NCBI RefSeq assembly: GCF_001194135.2
Contig: NC_068991.1
Span: forward strand, 589,184 to 653,183
DNA length: 64,000 nt
Reading direction: 5' to 3'
From: Octopus bimaculoides
Lineage: Eukaryota
In this document: positions 56,955 through 64,000 of the stretch, one piece after another
How the letters are laid out: every line of letters begins with the position of its first letter
Numbering within the stretch: position 1 is the first letter of the stretch
Program-made: the position numbers and the translations under genes
Notes under the pieces: model-generated
Database searches by the model: none
Told to the model about the DNA's origin: nothing
The model's input: the letters and a program-made list of their open reading frames with translations, nothing else

Positions 56955-59900
56955 GAACTTTATAAATCCAGCTTCATTCACAAGAAATATTTTGTTTGGA
57001 GACTAATAGTCCAATTCCATTTAGAACTTTCTTCGTCTCATGGGACTTCGTCAGCATTACACGCAACCGCCTGTGTAGCCACGCTTGCCCGAATCGTCGA
57101 GAAGTTTGCTTCGCAACGACGAGGTCCCGACTTCGACCCTGTTGCGTGACATGTTGGCAGTTAAAGGTCTTTCACGATAGCCTCGAGTCGACGTATACCT
57201 GGACAGGCGGAAACCGTATAGAAGCCCATTGAATGCAATGTACTCGTAATTCAAAAGTGCAGTCTTGTGTCACTGTGCCACACTGACTCCGCATCGGAGT
57301 TACATTATGGCTTCACTCCCATATAAAAAGGACAACTAATTAAATCACTTTTATATCAAATTGTTTAAATGTTTAAAGTTGAGTTTAACCGAGGAAAGAA
57401 AGAAAGAAAAGAAAATGCAAGTCTTCCATTTATTTCTCCATTTTTCAGTTAGAAATAACGTATTTCTTCAAATTCCGCCGAGGTCGACTTTGCCTTTGTA
57501 TGCATACATAATACATATATATGCATACAATATATACATACATATATATATATATATATATACATACAATATACAATATTGCATTATATTGTATACAAGA
57601 CAATTTTGTAGTATATACTACATAAAAAAACAATATAAAAAAACAATATAAAAAATTATAAAAAACTCATTTCAGGAACCATAGAAAAACACTTTTGTCC
57701 CACGTCAATTCTGCTGACTGGCGCTGCTTGTTTTTCTCAGATGTTTGTCTCCAGATTCTAGAAATAGTAACAACTCGTACAAAAAAACACATCAGGTCTC
57801 GCCAAAAAAGAAGCCAAATGGAGACTTTTTTGGATAAATTTACGATGTTTGATAGTAGCAGTAGTAGCAGCGGTAGTAGTAGTGCTTATTGATGTTGTTT
57901 TTATTGTTGGCCTCATCGCGTCCATATTTATTTCAACATGAATGAAATACTAATGAGAGTTGGGACGATAACCACAACAACAACAAAAACTAATTTAATT
58001 GGCGAAATTCACAAAAAAAAAAAAGAAAAAAATTTCAGAAAATTTCTTTTGAAATATAATTTCCGTTTCTGCATTATTCTTTTGTTTGTTTGTTTTATCA
58101 GCAATCAGATGTTAATTATTAATTACTGACTATTTTGTTTGTCATTGATACAAAAACTAATTCGATTTCGAAAGTTTCATAGATGCCCAGCTACAATTCC
58201 ACAATGGAAGGAGGAGAGAACAAAAACAATAGGAAATACAACTTTCTCCTTTGTTAACTTCACAGAAGTTTTACATACACTCCATCCCCGCCCTCCCCTA
58301 CAGAATTGTGTTGATAAACTAAGTAAACTATACACATTAATGTTGCGAAAGAGTCTATAACATTTCGGATGTTAGTCATTCATCAGAAAAAAAAGAGAAA
58401 AACGTTGGGGGAAGTGAAAATAAAAATGGACGACAGGTTAGGAACCTGGTGGGAATGGAGTTCTATGGGAGTGAACTAAGAAAGGATAAGAGGTATATAT
58501 GTATGTGTGTGTACGTGTGTTTGAATTTACAATCAACAAAGACAAAGTACGCTACATAAAGTTGAGTTTATATAAGTATTTGAAGATGAGGTTTTCTTAA
58601 CATCGCTCGGAGCTTCGCTAATCAAAGTGACAAATGCTACAGCCAAGTAGCTTCGAAATATTGCGCTAGTCTGAGATGGATAAAGTTTAAAAAAAAAACA
58701 ATACGCTTAGCTGGATATAATTACACCGATATATGTGTGCATATATGTATGTATACATTTACACGCCTACACATGAACACTTACACATGAACACTTACAC
58801 GTGGATAAGAAGACTAAAGTAGAAGCGGATATGTTAACGCGCCAGACATCTATTTATAAGGACATGTATGCATCTATGCATAATTATACGCTCAAACATG
58901 CACGGACATACAGACAGACATACGTTTGCATGAATAAAAATGACTTGAAAAATCGGGAAAAATTTGTCAAAAATTGCTCAGCATTAAACGCTGTTACTAT
59001 TTTTAAAAACATCTCTCAGTACCCGAAAGAAATTCGAAAATCTCTTAGGATATATAAATTTTCAGGCTGAAATTTCGAAATATATTAAGACATTTTATTC
59101 AGTTTATTAAATATCTGTGTAGCATAAAAATATTGAAAACATTAAGAGCACCTCTTCAATGAATTTCTATACGGAGTTGAAGTTTCAATGGTTGATCGGT
59201 CTATATGGATACTGTCAACCTCTCTCTCCTTCAGACTCCAGATGCACTGAGACAGTAAAAGTTATATTTCGTTTGTCTGAGTGGTTGAAAGAATAAGTAC
59301 GTAAAGCATATCTGTAAAGCTGTTTATATAGATAGGTTGTAGGATTTGATGTGTTTATAATATTGTCGTTGAGGGTTTCCTTAGGTTTAGCATTTTCTAT
59401 ATATATCGGTAATGTAAATTTAGGTGTGTAATTTTTTTAATTTTTAAAATTTATAAAAATTTTCTTAATGTTTGATTTTTAAAAATATATTTGTAATTTA
59501 TATATTTTTATTATAGTTTTACTCATATTCTTATTTTTCTATTTAATATGACTTATAATATGTATTTTTAACTTTGATCCGTTAATAATAACAACAATAA
59601 GAAAAATAGCCCGAGGACGCATTGGTGGATTTATGTATTAGGTATAGCCTGGATAAACACCCCACCAGCGCAGAAACACGTGTAGCGTTGATTAAAAATA
59701 CCTTCTTTCCCCACAGATTAATGTATCCTTCGTTTCTAAAATGGCAAAGTGTGATTGGAGGCAGATTTGGCCTTTATTTCAGACAGGAGTGCGGCCATGT
59801 AGAGGTTCCCACAGTGGTTCTGCTGTATTCGTACCGTTTCTATTTAAGATATTTGCAGCCAGTCAAGTTTCCAATAATATTTCTGTGAAAGAAAATAAAT

Positions 59901-61001
59901 CTACAAAATGATAATTACTTTCAAAAATCGGATTCTTCGATTATTGCCATACCTCTGTTATCATCTTCTTAGCCCTATCCACGCTCATCTCCCTGTCATC
60001 CTGTTCATGAGCAAATCTTCGATCTTTTGTTCAATAAGTCTTAATATTGAACGATTTTCTTCTTGTTCATGAAATGTCTGGCAGAGTAAAAACCTATTTT
60101 TTCCGATTATGTTCGGCCTGATAGTTTGACCTTTGTATTGCACATTTGATTAACTCGGAAACATTCACAACCCTGGAATCGATAGGCCGAGGTTAGGACA
60201 GAAAAAAATCCTGCAGTTAATATTTGATGCAACAATACATTTGTTCCCATTTGCTTTCATTTCTTCTTTTTTTTTCTGCTTTACATATAAAGTCATAATG
60301 GCGCCCACAGCTAAAATATGCAAGGCCGCCAGATGTCAGCAGCGTCACTTCCCACAGTTCGTGATCTTGTGGTTTGGAAATTCACTACTATCAGACGACC
60401 AGATTATCTACTACGCATAAATAACTGACAGAGAAAGAAAGCGAAGTAATTCTTATATAAGCTGATTATGTAATTTAGAGGTAATTTCTAAGCCACGAAC
60501 GAATTAACGATGATCCCGAAACTGCTTATATATCCACCATTGATCTAGGAAACTATCTGACATATAACTTAATGTTGTTGTTTGCCTTTTTCTTTCCAAC
60601 TATCGAATCATTCCTTTCAAATTCAATTACTTTTCTGATAATTCACTGACTTTAAATAATTTGGTTTCCTTGATTTAATAAGTCTAATTCAGTGGCCGTC
60701 ATTTACATAGGGACACAATGGAAGGTCTATATGTGGCCCACACTGTTGAAATGTTAATGATCTGTTACTGGCCGTCGACACTTCATTCCCTGGATGGCCA
60801 TTCTAATTGCTTCTCTTTCCAATTTAAAATGCCTCATAATCAGGCAAAAGTAATAAATACAATAGAAACAGTAGTAGTAGTGGTAGTAGTAGTAGTAGTA
60901 GCAGCAGCAGTAGCAACAGAAATTATATTGCTAAGTTGGTAATAAAAATTATAGCAATGATACTATTATCATCATCATCATCATCATCATCATCATTATT
61001 C

Positions 61002-61042
<41 letters not shown>

Positions 61043-61221
61043 GAGTGAGACAGCAGTGCATGCCATCAAAGTGACACTGGGGTAAAATATACGGAACCCA
61101 GTATACCCATCATGACTACCCGACTGATAAGGGTACACCAGGTACATGCATCACAATTATGTGTGCAAGATGGCAATCTCATATCAAGATAATAATAATG
61201 ATGATGATGATGATGATGATA

Positions 61222-61308
<87 letters not shown>

Positions 61309-61494
61309 GTTGATGCTTTCTCAATACAAAGGGAACAGAAATACAGCAGAAATAATATTGATAACAACAACAATACTAATAAAAGCTATTAAATCTAAAA
61401 CTTATATGAAGTCCCTTACAAAGTCAGAAATAAACCTGGCAGTTTGCCCTGGAGTCAGCAGAAAAAAAAATCGCTATGATGATGATGATGATGT

Positions 61495-61541
<47 letters not shown>

Positions 61542-62240
61542 TTCTTCTTCTTCTTCTTCTTCTTCTTCTTCTTCTTCTTCTTCTTCTTCTTCTTCTTCTT
61601 CTTCTTCTTCTTCTTCCATTCACACAACAAAACTTCCCATTTCTTTTCATAATAAATCTTTATTACTTTTTACAATCGATTTCCATTTTCCTTTTCATCC
61701 CAGCTCCTCTGTGTCAATATGATGCCCGCCGTCTAACAGATGCTTCGTTTCCAATTTAATGTCTTCTGACAGATGTTTCCTGCTCAGCATCTTCCAGCAT
61801 ATTGTCTATTTAGTACCATCTAACCAATGTTTCGTTTACAATATAGCAGCAGCAGAAGCTGTAGCAGTAGTAGTGGTGGTGTTGGTGTTGGTTGTAGTAG
61901 CAGCAGTGATGGTGGCAGTGGCAGTAGTACCTTCTAAGAGAGATTATGCTAATGCTTTGGTGAACTCTGGCGTCGACGTGAAGAGGAAGCTTGCCAGCGG
62001 ACAGCCGGTCTCTGGTTCACTGAATTGAACGACAATTTAACAAATATTTTCCGTTTATTACAATCCAACAACTGCTTTCTTTTCTATAGAGTAAATTCCA
62101 GCAGAAGTTTCTTATCTCGGCAGCAGTTTGACAGACGAAGGGTACGAGTCCTGCACTCTCCTTTAGACTAAGCTAATAACACGTTTGTCATACAAATTGT
62201 AGACTAATACAGATTCAAATTTAGTTCCACAGATAACTCA

Positions 62241-62274
<34 letters not shown>

Positions 62275-62625
62275 CATTGCCATAGTATTAACGACCTATC
62301 ATTTCTACTTCACCTATGAGATCTCAACCTCAGTTTATGATTAAATCCCTAAATTACAGCAAGCTCTGTATTCTTAAGAGCATGGCGTAGCTTCTTTTGA
62401 ATTTTAAGCCGTCTCGTTCAGATTCCCCAGTTTAGGGCCATGGCTTAACTACACTTGAATAAAAGGCAAGATCAGCCATGAGAAATTAACTGTGTCGCCA
62501 TAAAAATTATCCACACTTATGTGACCATGGTTTGACCAATCGAATTTGGTGTATAACCAAAATAATCGGCGGACTTAAAAGTTACTTTTGTGAAATTTCC
62601 GTTTTGTCGAAGATTCTAGAAGTTT

Positions 62626-62686
62626 GACAATGTTATAAAAAGCTAGGACAATGTTATAAAAAGCTAGGACAATGTTATAAAAAGCT
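62626..62686. repeat. 21-bp tandem triplication (GACAATGTTATAAAAAGCTAG)
   Basis: Two exact units plus one 19-bp unit directly before the mariner relic. Confidence 0.9.
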
Positions 62687-62917
62687 GTCCTTCACCTTCC
62701 CTATAGTCCAGGCCTTGTTCCCTGTGACTTTTGATTGTTTCACAAGCTGAAGGAGAACCTCAGGGTTAGTTGTTTTGAAGATATTGAGATGAAGAAAGCT
62801 GTGACAAGGGTCTTGGACACCTTCATTTTGGAGGACTTCCATGGGGCTTTCATAAAGTGGCTCGAGTGCCACAATAAGAGCATTGAAGTTAGACGATCCT
62901 ATTTTGAAGGAGATTAG
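62687..62917 (+). mobile_element. mariner transposase C-terminal relic
   Basis: Reads LHLPYSPGLVPCDF*LFHKLKENLR...KWLECHNKSIEVRRSYFEGD*, matching the mariner YSPDLAP(C/S)D motif and terminal CI...G.YFE motif. Confidence 0.8.
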
Positions 62918-63861
62918 AATTTTGTACTTCTTCTTCTGGAATGAACCTCATATACTTTATCAATTCCTGAAGAATGAAAGGCCAAGGCAGTATTTGAACT
63001 GATGAAATCATCATTTCTAACAGCTTTACCACTAGATAAAATAACCCCCTCCACACACGTAAATATACACAGATATATATATATAAGATCGGANNNNNNN
63101 NNNNNNNNNNNNNNNNNNNNNNNNNNNNNNNNNNNNNNNNNNNNNNNNNNNNNNNNNNNNNNNNNNNNNNNNNNNNNNNNNNNNNNNNNNNNNNNNNNNN
63201 NNNNNNNNNNNNNNNNNNNNNNNNNNNNNNNNNNNNNNNNNNNNNNNNNNNNNNNNNNNNNNNNNNNNNNNNNNNNNNNNNNNNNNNNNNNNNNNNNNNN
63301 NNNNNNNNNNNNNNNNNNNNNNNNNNNNNNNNNNNNNNNNNNNNNNNNNNNNNNNNNNNNNNNNNNNNNNNNNNNNNNNNNNNNNNNNNNNNNNNNNNNN
63401 NNNNNNNNNNNNNNNNNNNNNNNNNNNNNNNNNNNNNNNNNNNNNNNNNNNNNNNNNNNNNNNNNNNNNNNNNNNNNNNNNNNNNNNNNNNNNNNNNNNN
63501 NNNNNNNNNNNNNNNNNNNNNNNNNNNNNNNNNNNNNNNNNNNNNNNNNNNNNNNNNNNNNNNNNNNNNNNNNNNNNNNNNNNNNNNNNNNNNNNNNNNN
63601 NNNNNNNNNNNNNNNNNNNNNNNNNNNNNNNNNNNNNNNNNNNNNNNNNNNNNNNNNNNNNNNNNNNNNNNNNNNNNNNNNNNNNNNNNNNNNNNNNNNN
63701 NNNNNNNNNNNNNNNNNNNNNNNNNNNNNNNNNNNNNNNNNNNNNNNNNNNNNNNNNNNNNNNNNNNNNNNNNNNNNNNNNNNNNNNNNNNNNNNNNNNN
63801 NNNNNNNNNNNNNNNNNNNNNNNNNNNNNNNNNNNNNNNNNNNNNNNNNNNNNNNNNNNNN

Positions 63862-63892
<31 letters not shown>

Positions 63893-64000
63893 CATACATA
63901 CACACATATACATATACCTACACACATATAATTGCCCACTTCAAATATTCGTGTCTCCGTGAATACAAATCATTCTTTACACACAGACTCATAAACTTAA

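Overview
AT-rich animal genomic DNA with many microsatellites and N-gaps. The repeat landscape resembles a coleoid cephalopod, probably Octopus; this is an inference from recalled repeat families, not a database match. Three protein-coding genes are supported. (1) A KCTD3/SHKBP1-family BTB + beta-propeller gene (+, 1486-3654) has a single-exon CDS. (2) BBS1 (+, ATG 12213 to stop 25100) has 11 exons I reconstructed by hand; about 150 internal codons are missing, probably in an assembly gap. (3) A divergent synaptotagmin-like tandem-C2 gene (-, 8 exons, 50218 to stop 41226, 5' end not found) lacks most Ca2+-binding aspartates. The rest is tRNA-type SINEs, RTE-tail fragments, an R4/Dong-like LINE end, mariner/Tc1 relics, a Helentron-type non-autonomous element, minisatellites and fold-back DNA. 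The most notable signals are: minimal hammerhead-ribozyme motifs (one intact core at 42641-42681, plus a related two-copy family at 30827 and 49424); three tandem LATS/NDR-type HxRxxS motifs in the KCTD3 linker; a perfect 112-bp-arm palindrome; and a minisatellite that reiterates a splice donor.
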